Shown one piece after another: positions 27,569 to 37,749 of a DNA stretch of 54,166 nt. The notes beneath the pieces are model-generated. The model ran no database searches, was not told the origin of the DNA, and was given only the letters and a program-made list of their open reading frames with translations. Position 1 is the stretch's first letter; every line of letters begins with the position of its first letter. Source of the stretch: Dehalococcoidia bacterium. GTDB taxonomy: Bacteria; Chloroflexota; Dehalococcoidia; GIF9; UBA5629. The stretch spans positions 1-54,166 of the forward strand of contig JBAVQV010000021.1 in NCBI GenBank assembly GCA_049694415.1, written 5' to 3'. A program made the position numbers and the translations under genes.

Positions 27569-27691
27569 AGGCATTGCACCTAACAGCAGCATATACAAAC
27601 CTTGAGTTCGCCTAATCAGTTCTACTTTCTTGAATCCTAGCACTGGCGCTATTGGCTATAAAGCCCTCCATCTCCTTTTTGCGGTGGAATG

Positions 27692-30406
27692 CTATTCCAT
27701 CTCGGCCCAGTTTTTGCCCAGCTTGATGTCTATCTTTAGCGGCACGCTGAGCTTCAAGGCTTGAGGCATTATTCTGGACACCAGCTCTTTCATCTGGTCT
27801 ATTTCCTCAGGAGGCACTTCGAAGACAAGCTCGTCGTGAACTTGAAGAGTCATTTTGCTCCGCAGGTTCAACTTTTCCATCTCGCGATGTAGGTTGACCA
27901 TAGCGATTTTGATGATATCGGCTGATGTGCCATGCACCGGCATGTTTATTGCCATTCGCTCAGCAGCTTCTCTGACCTGCCGGTTTGGTGAGTTAATTTC
28001 AGGTATGTAGCGCCGTCTGCCTAACACCGTCTGCACATACCCTCGCTCTCTGGCCTGGCTCTTGGTGGCTTCGATATAGTCTTTGACCCCGGGGTATTTC
28101 TCGAAATAGGCAGTTATGAATTGGGAAGCTTCCTCCCGGCTGAAACTGGTAGCCTGCTCCAGGCCGTAGTCGCTCATGCCGTAAATAATGCCGAAGTTGA
28201 CCGTTTTAGCTACTCGGCGCATCTCTGAAGTCACCTTGTCTGGAGAGACGTTGAAGATGCGGGAAGCAGTGGCGGCATGAACATCCTCGTCTCTGAGGAA
28301 GGTGGCTATAAGCTCCGGGTCCTGTGAGATGTGGGCTAACGCCCTGAGGTCGATTTGAGAGTAATCGACGGATAGAAGTTGCCACCCCGGCTCGGCGATG
28401 ATAGCTTGTCTTATTTTGCCACCCAGCTCGCTTCTTATCGGGATGTTCTGCATGTTCGGCTCGCTGGAGGAAAGCCGGCCGGTAGTTGTGCCTGTCTGGT
28501 TGAAGCTGGTATGCAGCCTGCCCGTTTTGGGGTTGACCAGCGCGCAGAAGGCATCGGTGTAGGTCGACTTCAACTTGGCTAGCTGGCGGTATTGCAGGAC
28601 AAGTTCAATTATGGGGTGAGTGCCCTTTAGTTCCTCGAGCGCCGAGGCTTCGGTGGAATAGCCACTTTTTGTTTTGCGCGGCTTGGGAAGCTTCAGCTCT
28701 TCATAGAGGATTCTGGACAACTGCTGTGACGAGTTTATGTTGAATCTATAGCCGAGACTGTTGTAAACCTCTGCTTCCAGTCTGAGCATCTCCTTCCCCA
28801 GGCTGTGAGACATATCTCGGAGCAGTTCTACATCTACGGCCACACCATTTCTTTCCATGGCTACCAGCACCGGGACTAAAGGCATCTCCACTTCGCTGAA
28901 AAGTTGCCATAATCCCTCTTCTCGTAGTTCGCTGTCGAGCACGCTCTTAAGCCTTAGAGTAATATCGGCATCAGCGCAGGCATAGTCGGCAACCTGTTCT
29001 GTTGTTACCATGGCCATAGAGAGCTGCTTGGCTCCTTTGCCGATTAAGTCGGTGATGGGCGTCATCTCGACTCCGAGTTTATTGAAAGCCAGCGCTTTGA
29101 GCCCGATGGATTTTTCGCCCAGCAGATAGGCGGCGAGCATGGTATCGAAGTTTAAATTCTGAAGCTTTATGCCGTATTCAGCGAGTACCGTCATATCGAA
29201 TTTGCCATTCTGAGCTATTTTGGGGATTTTGGCGTCTTCAAGCACCGGCTTAAGCCTGGCAATGACTTGAGACAATGGCAGCTGGGATATCTGGCTCAGC
29301 CCACGATGTCCCAACGGTATGTAGTAGGCTTCACCAGGCGTTGATGATAGTGAGATGCCGACTAGCTCACAAGCCATAACTTCTTTAGCCGAAGTCTCCA
29401 GGTCAACAGCGAATTCTTTGGCGGCTTGCAACTGGATAATAAGCTTATCCAAATCACGGTCGGTGCTAATTATGTGGTAGTCCTTGCTATAGGTTGGTTT
29501 ACCGGAGACCTCAGTTGGTGCCTTCTCAATTTCCTCGGGCAGTCTGGATAGCAATTGGACGAATCCCAGTTCGCGGAAGAGTTCGACCACTTGATTTCTG
29601 TCGTAAGTGGTGACCTGGCAAGCATCCAGATTCAAGGTTATGGGCACATCGGTAACAAGTGTTGCCAGCTCCTTGTTTCGAAGAACTCGGTCTTTATAGT
29701 CGCGCAGCGAAGTCTGTAACTTCTCAGGTGTTATTTCGTCAATATGGTCGTAGATGCCCTCGAGGCTGCCGAATTGGCGCAGTAACTTGGCGGCTGTCTT
29801 GTCGCCGATGCCGGGGATACCGGGGATGTTATCAGAAGGGTCGCCGGTGAGAGCTTTGAAGTCGGTGAGTTGGCTGGGAGATATGCCGTATTTCTGCTCG
29901 ACACCTGACTCATCGTAGATTACCGTATCGCTGAAGCTTCGCCTGGGCGACATTACTTTGGTGCTGGGTGAGACAAGCTGGAGCATATCATTGTCGCCGG
30001 TAACGATCAGGGTGTCTACGTTTCGCTGGGTAGCCTGTCGGCTCAGAGTACCTAGAACGTCATCAGCCTCGTAGCCGTCGATTTCGAAGGTGGGAATATG
30101 GAAGGCATCTACAAGTTGATGAACTCGCTGTATCTGGCTGATAAGCTCTTCGGGGGCTTTGGGGCGCTGAGCCTTGTAATCCTCGAATTTTTCGTGTCTG
30201 AAGGTCGGTCCGGGACGGTCGAAGGCAATAGCCCAGTGGGTTGGCTTGATTTCATTCAGCACCTTGAGCAAGGTGCTGGCGAAGCCCTGGACGGCATTGA
30301 CCATCTCCCCGGTCTTGGATATTGTTAGCGGAGGGATAGCATGGAAAGCCCGATGAACCAGAGCATTTCCATCGAAGAGCAAGAGCAATGGTTTTTCTTT
30401 AACCAT
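27692..30406 (-). CDS. polA: DNA polymerase I
   Basis: 904 aa with a 5' nuclease domain (LLLFDGNALVHRAFHA), a 3'-5' exonuclease motif (AVDLETS) and the polymerase motifs DYSQIDLR and QVHDELVFE. Confidence 0.97.
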   Translation of the reverse strand: MVKEKPLLLLFDGNALVHRAFHAIPPLTISKTGEMVNAVQGFASTLLKVLNEIKPTHWAIAFDRPGPTFRHEKFEDYKAQRPKAPEELISQIQRVHQLVDAFHIPTFEIDGYEADDVLGTLSRQATQRNVDTLIVTGDNDMLQLVSPSTKVMSPRRSFSDTVIYDESGVEQKYGISPSQLTDFKALTGDPSDNIPGIPGIGDKTAAKLLRQFGSLEGIYDHIDEITPEKLQTSLRDYKDRVLRNKELATLVTDVPITLNLDACQVTTYDRNQVVELFRELGFVQLLSRLPEEIEKAPTEVSGKPTYSKDYHIISTDRDLDKLIIQLQAAKEFAVDLETSAKEVMACELVGISLSSTPGEAYYIPLGHRGLSQISQLPLSQVIARLKPVLEDAKIPKIAQNGKFDMTVLAEYGIKLQNLNFDTMLAAYLLGEKSIGLKALAFNKLGVEMTPITDLIGKGAKQLSMAMVTTEQVADYACADADITLRLKSVLDSELREEGLWQLFSEVEMPLVPVLVAMERNGVAVDVELLRDMSHSLGKEMLRLEAEVYNSLGYRFNINSSQQLSRILYEELKLPKPRKTKSGYSTEASALEELKGTHPIIELVLQYRQLAKLKSTYTDAFCALVNPKTGRLHTSFNQTGTTTGRLSSSEPNMQNIPIRSELGGKIRQAIIAEPGWQLLSVDYSQIDLRALAHISQDPELIATFLRDEDVHAATASRIFNVSPDKVTSEMRRVAKTVNFGIIYGMSDYGLEQATSFSREEASQFITAYFEKYPGVKDYIEATKSQARERGYVQTVLGRRRYIPEINSPNRQVREAAERMAINMPVHGTSADIIKIAMVNLHREMEKLNLRSKMTLQVHDELVFEVPPEEIDQMKELVSRIMPQALKLSVPLKIDIKLGKNWAEME

Positions 30407-30482
30407 TTTCTGAACCGGAATATCTAGTCATCTTTACCGACAACTCCGTGTTTGTAATCTGGCACAGGTTATGTACCAACCA

Positions 30483-30538
30483 ATGTAGCCACGACCACTT
30501 AGGGTCGTGACCACGAGGCTAAAGCCTCGTGGCTACAT
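30483..30538. repeat. Compound palindrome with mutually exclusive pairings in the polA/argF divergent intergenic region
   Basis: The outer 12-nt arms ATGTAGCCACGA (30483-30494) and TCGTGGCTACAT (30527-30538) can pair. Hairpin 1 is CACGACC/GGTCGTG (30490-30509). Hairpin 2 is CCACGAGGC/GCCTCGTGG (30511-30532). The outer stem shares bases with both hairpins. Confidence 0.6.
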
Positions 30539-30657
30539 GCGTTTGGGGCGGTTCTCTCCTCCAAAGAAAAGCCCGATTAGATAACACTCTATCTCATTAT
30601 ATAATAGGTTGACAGCCGTGGTATACTATTTGCTCACCTTGGAAAGGTAGCTTAAAA

Positions 30658-31587
30658 GTGAAGAAAAAAGACCTGCTTTCCGTAGCCGATTTGAGCGCTG
30701 GCGAGGTCGAGAAAGTAATCGCTCAAGCCTTGAAAATCAAACGCGGACCAACGCCGCAGTCGTTGTCCGGCAAGATACTGGTTCTTTTGTTCGAGAAATC
30801 ATCTTTGCGGACTCGAGTTAGTTTTGAAGTGGCAATACATCAGTTGGGCGGCTATTGTTTTTACTTATCGCCCGAAGAGGTGGGCCTGGGCAAGCGAGAG
30901 CCAGCCTCTGATGTAGCCCGGGTGCTTAGCCGCTACGTACATGGCATCATAGCTCGTACCTTTGCTCACCAGACTCTGCAGGCGCTGGCGAGCCACTCGA
31001 CTGTGCCCGTGATTAACGCTCTTTCAGATTTGGAACATCCTTGCCAGGCTTTAGCTGATATAGTGACTATTCAGGAGAAAAAGGGGAAGCTTAAGGGCTT
31101 AACACTGGCTTTTGTTGGCGATGGTAATAACGTAGCTAACAGTTTGCTTCTGGCGGCTGCACAGGTTGGAATTAACTTCCGCATTGCTTCTCCGCCCGGT
31201 TATGCGGTCAAGGACGAGATATGGCAGACGGCCAAAGGCCTAGCCGCTCACAGCGGCAGCCAGATTTTATTAACTGATAAGCCCGATCAGGCGGTTAAGG
31301 ATGCTGATGTTGTTTATACAGATGTGTGGACAAGCATGGGGCAAGAAGTTGAGGCTGCCATACGCCGCAAAGCCTTTGCTCGTTATCAGGTTGATGCCCG
31401 ATTATTGTCTTTAGCCAGGACGGATGCTATATTCATGCATCCTCTGCCAGCTCATCACGGGGAGGAGGTTGCTGCTGGGATTCTGGATAGTCCGCGCTCA
31501 GTAGTCTTTGACCAGGCAGAAAACAGGCTCCACCTACAAAAAGCATTGCTAGTTGAGATGTTTGGCACAGTTGGACGCACCCGCTAG
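30658..31587 (+). CDS. argF: Ornithine carbamoyltransferase
   Basis: SLRTRVSFE, HPCQALAD, DVWTSMG and MHPLPAHHGEEV match the OTCase carbamoyl-phosphate and ornithine binding motifs. GTG start. Confidence 0.88.
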   Translation: MKKKDLLSVADLSAGEVEKVIAQALKIKRGPTPQSLSGKILVLLFEKSSLRTRVSFEVAIHQLGGYCFYLSPEEVGLGKREPASDVARVLSRYVHGIIARTFAHQTLQALASHSTVPVINALSDLEHPCQALADIVTIQEKKGKLKGLTLAFVGDGNNVANSLLLAAAQVGINFRIASPPGYAVKDEIWQTAKGLAAHSGSQILLTDKPDQAVKDADVVYTDVWTSMGQEVEAAIRRKAFARYQVDARLLSLARTDAIFMHPLPAHHGEEVAAGILDSPRSVVFDQAENRLHLQKALLVEMFGTVGRTR

Positions 31588-31633
31588 CAAGTGGTATCCT
31601 TTATTATAACCGTTAGTCCAAGAGTGAAACCAT

Positions 31634-32962
31634 ATGAAACCTTTTGTAGCCATAGTTGGTCGAGCCAATGTCGGAAAGTCGACGCTGTTTAATCGTCTGG
31701 CAGGCGAGTCGGTAGCTGTCGTCGAAGACCTGCCGGGGACGACGCGTGACCGCGTCTTTGCCGATGTTTCCCGGCAGGGGCATGAGGTGACTTTGATTGA
31801 TACCGGCGGGTTAGAGTTGAGGCCGGGCTCTTCGCTGGCTCAGAAAGTAAAAGAACAAGCCGAGGCAGCCATAGCCGAAGCTGATGTTATTATTTTTATG
31901 GTTGACGTTCGCGATGGAGTGATTGCCGCCGACTGCGAGATAGCTGACCTGCTTAGAATCTGCCATAAGCCGGTCGTTTTAGTGGCTAATAAGGCGGATA
32001 ACGTCAGGTTGGAGAGCCAGATAAGTGATTTTTATCAATTAGGTGTTGGTACTCCACTAGCTATTAGTGCTCAGCACAATCGGGGTATAAACGAGCTCTG
32101 GCAATTGATAACTCCTCTTCTTCCCGAGGTCTCTGAGAGCCTTGTTGATTCGGACAAACCCAAATTGGCTATTGTCGGCCGGCCCAATGTAGGTAAATCG
32201 ATGTTGTTAAATGCTATTGTTGGCGAGGCGAGAGCCATCGTGGATCAAATACCGGGCACAACCCGGGATGCTGTAGATACTGTTTTCAATTTCCGAGGGC
32301 AAGAACTGCTGTTGATAGATACTGCCGGCATAAGGCGGCGTGGACGCGTATGTACTGGGGTAGAATATTACAGCTTGATTCGGGCTTTACGTGCCATTAA
32401 CCGTTGCGATGTCGCCCTGTTAGTTACAGATGCCACCGAATTCATTACGGCACAGGACGTGCATATTGCCGGCTATATCAAGCAGTCGGGCAAAGGTATG
32501 GTACTGGTGATTAATAAGTGGGACCTTGCTTCTGAGCAGCCTAAAGAATTATACGTTGGACAAATTCAGCAACGGCTGAAGTTTATGTCTCACGCACCCG
32601 TTCTTTACGTTTCGGCTAAATTTAAGCGTGGGGTAGATGAGGTAATACCCAAGGCTCTGGAGGTGTGGCGAGAAGGGCAAAAGCAATTGTCTGACCCGGT
32701 AGTAGATAAGTTTATTAAGCAGGCGGTTATGGCCCATACGCGGCCCCGAAAAGGCTTGAAGCAACTCGAAGTCATCCGTGCCTACCAGGCCGGAACCAGG
32801 CCGCCCAGTTTTACTCTTCTGGTTAATGACCCGGAGCTGGTGCACTTTTCCTATCAGCGATATCTAGAGAACAAACTCCGGCAAACCTTTGGATTTTCCG
32901 GCACCTCGGTGCGGCTCCTTTTCAGGAGGGCACCATCGAGAAGGCTTCAAAAAGTGGGGTGA
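31634..32962 (+). CDS. der: Ribosome-associated GTPase Der (EngA)
   Basis: Two tandem GTPase domains (GRANVGKSTLFNRL and GRPNVGKSMLLNAI, each with DTGG/DTAG and NK.D) plus a KH-like C-terminus. Confidence 0.93.
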   Translation: MKPFVAIVGRANVGKSTLFNRLAGESVAVVEDLPGTTRDRVFADVSRQGHEVTLIDTGGLELRPGSSLAQKVKEQAEAAIAEADVIIFMVDVRDGVIAADCEIADLLRICHKPVVLVANKADNVRLESQISDFYQLGVGTPLAISAQHNRGINELWQLITPLLPEVSESLVDSDKPKLAIVGRPNVGKSMLLNAIVGEARAIVDQIPGTTRDAVDTVFNFRGQELLLIDTAGIRRRGRVCTGVEYYSLIRALRAINRCDVALLVTDATEFITAQDVHIAGYIKQSGKGMVLVINKWDLASEQPKELYVGQIQQRLKFMSHAPVLYVSAKFKRGVDEVIPKALEVWREGQKQLSDPVVDKFIKQAVMAHTRPRKGLKQLEVIRAYQAGTRPPSFTLLVNDPELVHFSYQRYLENKLRQTFGFSGTSVRLLFRRAPSRRLQKVG

Positions 32963-32968
32963 GAATGC

Positions 32969-33631
32969 ATGATAGTGGCTAAATTCATTCTTGTGGCGCT
33001 GATTGGTTATTTTATTGGTGCCATACCGGTTGCCTTGATAATTGGTAAACGCATGGCAGGAATTGATATTTCCAAACGCGGCAGCGGCAATATTGGCGGT
33101 ACCAACGTGCTGCGTGTCATAGGATTCAAGGCGGGAGCTATTACCATGGCTCTCGACCTGGCCAAGGCAATTGTGCCGGTGATATTGGCCAGGTTTATCA
33201 TAGGTGACAGCATATTGCAGATAGCCGGCTTTACTCTTGATTGGCGATGGGGGCAGGTCATTACCGCGTTGATGGTGATGGTGGGACATAACTGGTCAGT
33301 ATATATCAAGTTCCGTGGTGGTAAAGGTGCAGCTGTTTATTATGGCAGCTGGTTCGCTATTTGGCCGGTGGTCGGTCTCTTCGGCGGCCTGATTTTGATA
33401 ATTACGGTTTTACTGAGTAAATACATGTCCCTGGGTTCCATACTCGGCTCATTGAGTATACTATGCCTGTTTATCATAATGACGATAACTAATGCATCTC
33501 CCCCCGTCTATTTAATCTACAGCGTATTGGCTGCCGCCTTGATTGTCTATCAACATCGGAGCAATATAAGCAAATTGCAGACTGGAACCGAGAGTCGGAT
33601 GGACCAGGGCCCTAATAAGATAGTCCTGTGA
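32969..33631 (+). CDS. plsY: Glycerol-3-phosphate acyltransferase PlsY
   Basis: GSGNIGGTNVLR and HNWSVYIKFRGGKG motifs in a multi-TM protein, lying between der and gpsA. Confidence 0.9.
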   Translation: MIVAKFILVALIGYFIGAIPVALIIGKRMAGIDISKRGSGNIGGTNVLRVIGFKAGAITMALDLAKAIVPVILARFIIGDSILQIAGFTLDWRWGQVITALMVMVGHNWSVYIKFRGGKGAAVYYGSWFAIWPVVGLFGGLILIITVLLSKYMSLGSILGSLSILCLFIIMTITNASPPVYLIYSVLAAALIVYQHRSNISKLQTGTESRMDQGPNKIVL

Positions 33632-33687
33632 TTTACTGCTTCGAATCCGCGTGAAACATCCCTTTGCCTTTTTAAGGAGTAATTACT

Positions 33688-34677
33688 ATGTCCAAAGTCG
33701 CTGTTATCGGTGCTACTACCTGGGGCAAGACGCTGGCGAGTTTGTTGGCAGTTAAAGGGGCGATGGTCAGCGTTTGGGCACGGACTGAGTCCAGAGCCAA
33801 CGAGCTGAGAAAAGAGGGCTTATTGGAAGGGGATTCCAGCCGTCGCCTTTCCTTTACCGGCAATATTGAAGAAGCATTGGGAGCTGCTGAGTTTGTTATC
33901 TGTGCTGTGCCGGCTCAACGCATGAGGCAGAATTTGAGGCTAAGCAATCCTCATTTAAATGCCTCTGTAATATTAGTGAGCGCAGCTAAGGGGCTGGAAG
34001 CAGAAACCGGTAAAAGGATGACAGAGGTGATAGCAGATGAGGTTAGCTCTGTTTCTCCAGACAGGATATGTGCTCTATCCGGACCGAATCTTTCTACCGA
34101 GATTAAGCAGGGCTTACCGGCCACGTCAATAATAGCCGGCCGAGATGTAGAGGTTGCCAGAAAGGTGCAGGGACTGCTGGATTCACCGGATTTTACCGTT
34201 TTTATCAGCGATGATATTATCGGCGTCGAGCTATGCGGTGCCCTGAAGAACGTGATCGCCCTGGGGGCTGGAATTATGGATGGTTTAGACCTGGGCAACA
34301 ACGCTAAAGCTGCATTTATAACTTTAGGCTGGAAAGATGTTGTTTCACTGGGAATAGCCTTGGGAGCTAAACCAGACACTTTTTACGGACTGGCTGGTCT
34401 GGGGGACCTTATAGCTACCGGTAACAGCCCATTGAGTCGTAATCACTATGTAGGCTATGAATTGGGCAAGGGACGGTCTTTAAGTGACATAATTAGCTCT
34501 ATGTCACAGGTTGCTGAGGGCGTTGATACTGCTATAGCGGCTCACCGATTGGCGAGCAGAGTGAACCTAGAAGCGCCGATTGTGAATCTGGTGTATAGCG
34601 TATTATTCGAGTCTCTGCCGCCGGCTGAGATATCGACGCGTTTCAAGAACGGGCTGAAGCCTGAATCAATTGCCTGA
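33688..34677 (+). CDS. gpsA: NAD(P)H-dependent glycerol-3-phosphate dehydrogenase
   Basis: N-terminal Rossmann fold, GALKNVIALGAG, and the C-terminal GpsA pattern (EGVDTA). Conserved der-plsY-gpsA order. Confidence 0.9.
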   Translation: MSKVAVIGATTWGKTLASLLAVKGAMVSVWARTESRANELRKEGLLEGDSSRRLSFTGNIEEALGAAEFVICAVPAQRMRQNLRLSNPHLNASVILVSAAKGLEAETGKRMTEVIADEVSSVSPDRICALSGPNLSTEIKQGLPATSIIAGRDVEVARKVQGLLDSPDFTVFISDDIIGVELCGALKNVIALGAGIMDGLDLGNNAKAAFITLGWKDVVSLGIALGAKPDTFYGLAGLGDLIATGNSPLSRNHYVGYELGKGRSLSDIISSMSQVAEGVDTAIAAHRLASRVNLEAPIVNLVYSVLFESLPPAEISTRFKNGLKPESIA

Positions 34678-34699
34678 GTCTAACAGGTGTATTTCCCAC

Positions 34700-35794
34700 C
34701 TATTGGACGATTTCCTGGTCTTCACCTTCAGGTGTTTTAGCTGTTGGTAAGGTTTTGGCCAATTCTTCAAGAAGGCGGCGCTGCTTGGCGTCTATAGATT
34801 GTGGCGTTATTATCCGGACCACGACCAGCTGGTCTCCCTTACCTCTGCCACGAAGGCGGGGTACGCCTTTGCCTTTGACGCGGAACGTCTTTCTATTCTG
34901 AGTTCCCGGCGGTATCTTAACAGCCACCTTGCCGTCCAGGGTCGGCACTTCTATGTTATCTCCCAGGGCAGCTTGAGCGAAATTGATGGGCAACTCATAG
35001 AAGATGTCAAAGTCTTTGCGGACAAAGAATTTATGAGGCTTCACAGAGAAGTTGATGTAGATATCGCCTGGAGAGCCACCATATTTACCGGCATCGCCTT
35101 CATTGCTGAGGCGCATCTGATAGCTTTCGTCTATCCCCGGTGGAACGGTTGCCGTGAGCTTTCGTTTTACCCTTTCCTTGCCGCTACCTTTGCACTGGCG
35201 GCAAGGGTTGTTAATAAGCGTGCCTTCTCCTTTACAATGTGGGCAGGTGGCAGCATGAACAAAACGCCCGAAAAGGCTTTGTTGAATTCGGCGAACTTCG
35301 CCATTGCCGTTGCAACTCGGGCATTTTTGCGGATTTGTTCCGGGCTGGCTGCCGACACCGTGACATGTAGAACAGTTTTCGATACGTAAGACTTCGAATT
35401 CTCTATCTGCTCCGAACACAGCTTCTTCGAAAGAAAGAGTTAAATTAGCTCGCAGGTCAGCCCCTTTTTGAGGGGAACGGCGTTGGGCTCTGGTGGTAGT
35501 AGAACCGAAGAAAGCATCGAATATGTCACCCAAGCCACCAAAACCAATATCTTCGAAACCGAGCGAATCTGCGGTCGCTACGCGGCCATAGCGGTCATAG
35601 GAGGCACGCTTTTCGGCATTGGAGAGGACTTCATAGGCCTCGTTTATCTCTTTGAATTTTTCTTCGGCATCCGGCTGGCTGTTGTGGTCGGGATGATATT
35701 TGAAGGCTAACTTACGGAAAGCCTTTTTGATTTCCTCATCACTGGCGTTTCTCGGAACTCCAAGTATCTTGTAATAGTCTCGATTGTTGGGCAT
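34700..35794 (-). CDS. dnaJ: Chaperone DnaJ (type I, four CxxCxGxG motifs)
   Basis: J domain (DYYKILGV...HPD), a G/F region, and [32 protein letters not shown]. Confidence 0.93.
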   Translation of the reverse strand: MPNNRDYYKILGVPRNASDEEIKKAFRKLAFKYHPDHNSQPDAEEKFKEINEAYEVLSNAEKRASYDRYGRVATADSLGFEDIGFGGLGDIFDAFFGSTTTRAQRRSPQKGADLRANLTLSFEEAVFGADREFEVLRIENCSTCHGVGSQPGTNPQKCPSCNGNGEVRRIQQSLFGRFVHAATCPHCKGEGTLINNPCRQCKGSGKERVKRKLTATVPPGIDESYQMRLSNEGDAGKYGGSPGDIYINFSVKPHKFFVRKDFDIFYELPINFAQAALGDNIEVPTLDGKVAVKIPPGTQNRKTFRVKGKGVPRLRGRGKGDQLVVVRIITPQSIDAKQRRLLEELAKTLPTAKTPEGEDQEIVQ

Positions 35795-35923
35795 AACAAA
35801 ACCAACCTCAACATTTCAGTATAACTGACGGCTCGGCATTTTAGCAAATTTTAAATATGATGCCATGAGGTTCTGCGGTTTGTGTTGTAAATGAGGGTGA
35901 TGTATGATTTTTGTTGAATCAGA

Positions 35924-36493
35924 ATGAAAGAGAAGCTCAGACAGGCTTTGGCTACCCGGCATAGAATTGGATTAAGCAGCGGCGGGCTGACTGAAGCCGC
36001 AGTCCTTATTCCAATTTTCTCTAAAGACGGAGAATATCATATCCTTTTTACCCATCGGAGCGACCAGGTGCCGCATCATAAAGGTCAGATATCGTTTCCC
36101 GGAGGAGCGCGAAGCAAGACTGATACTACGCTTCTGGATACAGCTATGAGGGAGAGCTGGGAAGAGATTGGGCTGGAAGCTAAGGATGCGGAAATTGTGG
36201 GAGAGCTAGACGATACTCCGACGACGACATCCGGTTTTAATATCTCACCGTTCGTAGCTTTTATTCCTTATCCTTATAAATTCACCTTGAGTCCTTACGA
36301 GATCGAAGAAATTTTCAGTATATCTGTCTCAACATTGTTGCATAAGGCTAGCAGAAAAGAAGAACGCTATACTTTTGGCAATCAGACTTTTGTTAACTAC
36401 TCCTATGAATACGAGGGGAGAGTGATATGGGGGGCTACAGCTCGTATAGTTGAACAGCTACTTGAAATTTGGCAATCAGTGGGCAGAACTTAA
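35924..36493 (+). CDS. NUDIX hydrolase, CoA pyrophosphatase-like
   Basis: ILFTHRSDQVPHHKGQISFPGG followed by the Nudix box ...AMRESWEEIGL. Confidence 0.75.
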   Translation: MKEKLRQALATRHRIGLSSGGLTEAAVLIPIFSKDGEYHILFTHRSDQVPHHKGQISFPGGARSKTDTTLLDTAMRESWEEIGLEAKDAEIVGELDDTPTTTSGFNISPFVAFIPYPYKFTLSPYEIEEIFSISVSTLLHKASRKEERYTFGNQTFVNYSYEYEGRVIWGATARIVEQLLEIWQSVGRT

Positions 36494-36675
36494 AAATACA
36501 ACTTCAGCTTTTAGTTACTGAAGAGTGATATCTCATCTCTCAAGCTCACCACCTATATCAGCGGCTCTCATCTTACAATGTTCACAGCCTATAACCCTTT
36601 TGTAATTCGTGCTCCACTCTCATTATATTTAAGATATACTTAACAAAATATTATTAAGAAATATATAACAATTAC

Positions 36676-36704
36676 TTGATAAAACTTATAAATGTTATTA
36701 TAAT
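36676..36704 (+). promoter_or_regulatory. Sigma70-like promoter of the J-protein/hspR/clpB operon
   Basis: TTGATA, a 17-nt spacer, then TATAAT, about 27 nt upstream of the ATG at 36731, in a very AT-rich leader. Confidence 0.5.
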
Positions 36705-36730
36705 ATAGCGAAAAGTCGAAGGTGAAGGTT

Positions 36731-37714
36731 ATGGCGACTAAAGATTACTATGCGATTTTAGGCGTGAGCCGTAGTGCCACTGAAAAGGAGATAAAGCAGG
36801 CTTATCGTCGGCTTGCCCGGAAATACCATCCTGATGTTAATCCCGGGGACAAATCGGCCGAAACAAGGTTTAAAGAGATAAACGAAGCGCATGAAGTACT
36901 TTCTGACCCGGAAAAGCGAAAGAAGTATGACCGATTTGGCGACCAATGGCAATATGCTGAGCAGTTTGCCAAAGCTGGCCAGGGGGCTCAATCGGATTTC
37001 GGCAAAGGTGGGGCCTACACAACCTTTGATTTTGGTGACTTAGGTGATTTAGGGGACATATTCAGTGGTGCTTTTCAGGGCTTTGGCACCGGGTCAGGTC
37101 CAGCTCGCCGAGCCGCAAGGCCTAGAAGCATAGAGCATCCTGTAGACGTAACTCTGGAAGAAGCTTATCAGGGTACAAAGCGTGTTATTCAGCTTCAGGC
37201 TGAGGAACCTTGCACGACCTGTGGAGGTACCGGTAGGGTGGGGAGGGCACGCTGTTCCACCTGCGGAGGTTCCGGCAGATTGTTGAAACCCAAGCGGCTT
37301 GAAGTCAAAATTCCAGCCGGGGTCGGAGATGGCTCTAAGGTGCGGATTGCCGGTCAAGGAAGCCAGGGCTACGGCGGGTCTAAGGGTGACCTCTATCTGG
37401 TAGTTAGGGTGCTGCCACATCAATTCTTTGAGCGCAAAGGTGACGACCTCCATACCGAGGTGGCGATACCTCTAGTAACCGCCATGCTTGGCGGCGAGGT
37501 GGCAGTCCCGACATTGAAGGGAAAGGTGGCTTTAAAGGTGCCGACGGAAACCCAAAATGGGAAGGTGTTTCGGCTGGCGGGACAGGGTATGCCGCACCTG
37601 AACGATTCATCCCGAGGTGATTTATTTGCTAAAGTAAAGGTGCTGCTGCCGACAAGATTGACGCCACAGGAGAGGCAGCTTTTCGAGCAATTAAGAAACT
37701 ATCGTCCCAATTAG
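36731..37714 (+). CDS. DnaJ-class co-chaperone with half zinc-finger (CbpA-like position in an hspR operon)
   Basis: J domain (DYYAILGV...HPD), a G/F region, and only two CxxCxGxG motifs ([16 protein letters not shown]). ATG 36731 is preferred over GTG 36722. Confidence 0.85.
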   Translation: MATKDYYAILGVSRSATEKEIKQAYRRLARKYHPDVNPGDKSAETRFKEINEAHEVLSDPEKRKKYDRFGDQWQYAEQFAKAGQGAQSDFGKGGAYTTFDFGDLGDLGDIFSGAFQGFGTGSGPARRAARPRSIEHPVDVTLEEAYQGTKRVIQLQAEEPCTTCGGTGRVGRARCSTCGGSGRLLKPKRLEVKIPAGVGDGSKVRIAGQGSQGYGGSKGDLYLVVRVLPHQFFERKGDDLHTEVAIPLVTAMLGGEVAVPTLKGKVALKVPTETQNGKVFRLAGQGMPHLNDSSRGDLFAKVKVLLPTRLTPQERQLFEQLRNYRPN

Positions 37715-37749
37715 GTATTGTCACGGTATTGTTGAGGTGATAAGATAGA

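Noticed and set aside
27500-27691. Search for a small antitoxin-type ORF upstream of the RnlA-like gene. Candidates were 18-aa MEGFIANSASARIQESRTD and 26-aa MLLLGAMPLEVSNERSYIRGYIIEIL.
   Set aside because: Both are too short, with poor or mis-spaced RBS and no recognisable fold. I treat the region as promoter and leader.
32864-34379. Minus-strand ORFs (141, 100 and 142 aa) overlapping der, plsY and gpsA.
   Set aside because: They are antisense to conserved housekeeping genes. Their compositionally biased translations have no independent support.
34799-35389. 196-aa plus-strand ORF overlapping dnaJ.
   Set aside because: It is a shadow ORF opposite a clear DnaJ coding frame, with no recognisable motifs.
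36494-36730. HAIR-type HspR operator (CTTGAGT-N7-ACTCAAG) upstream of the J-protein/hspR/clpB operon.
   Set aside because: Only weak partial palindromes were seen (CTTAA-N10-TTAAG and TCTCAAG half-sites). There is not enough to call an operator.
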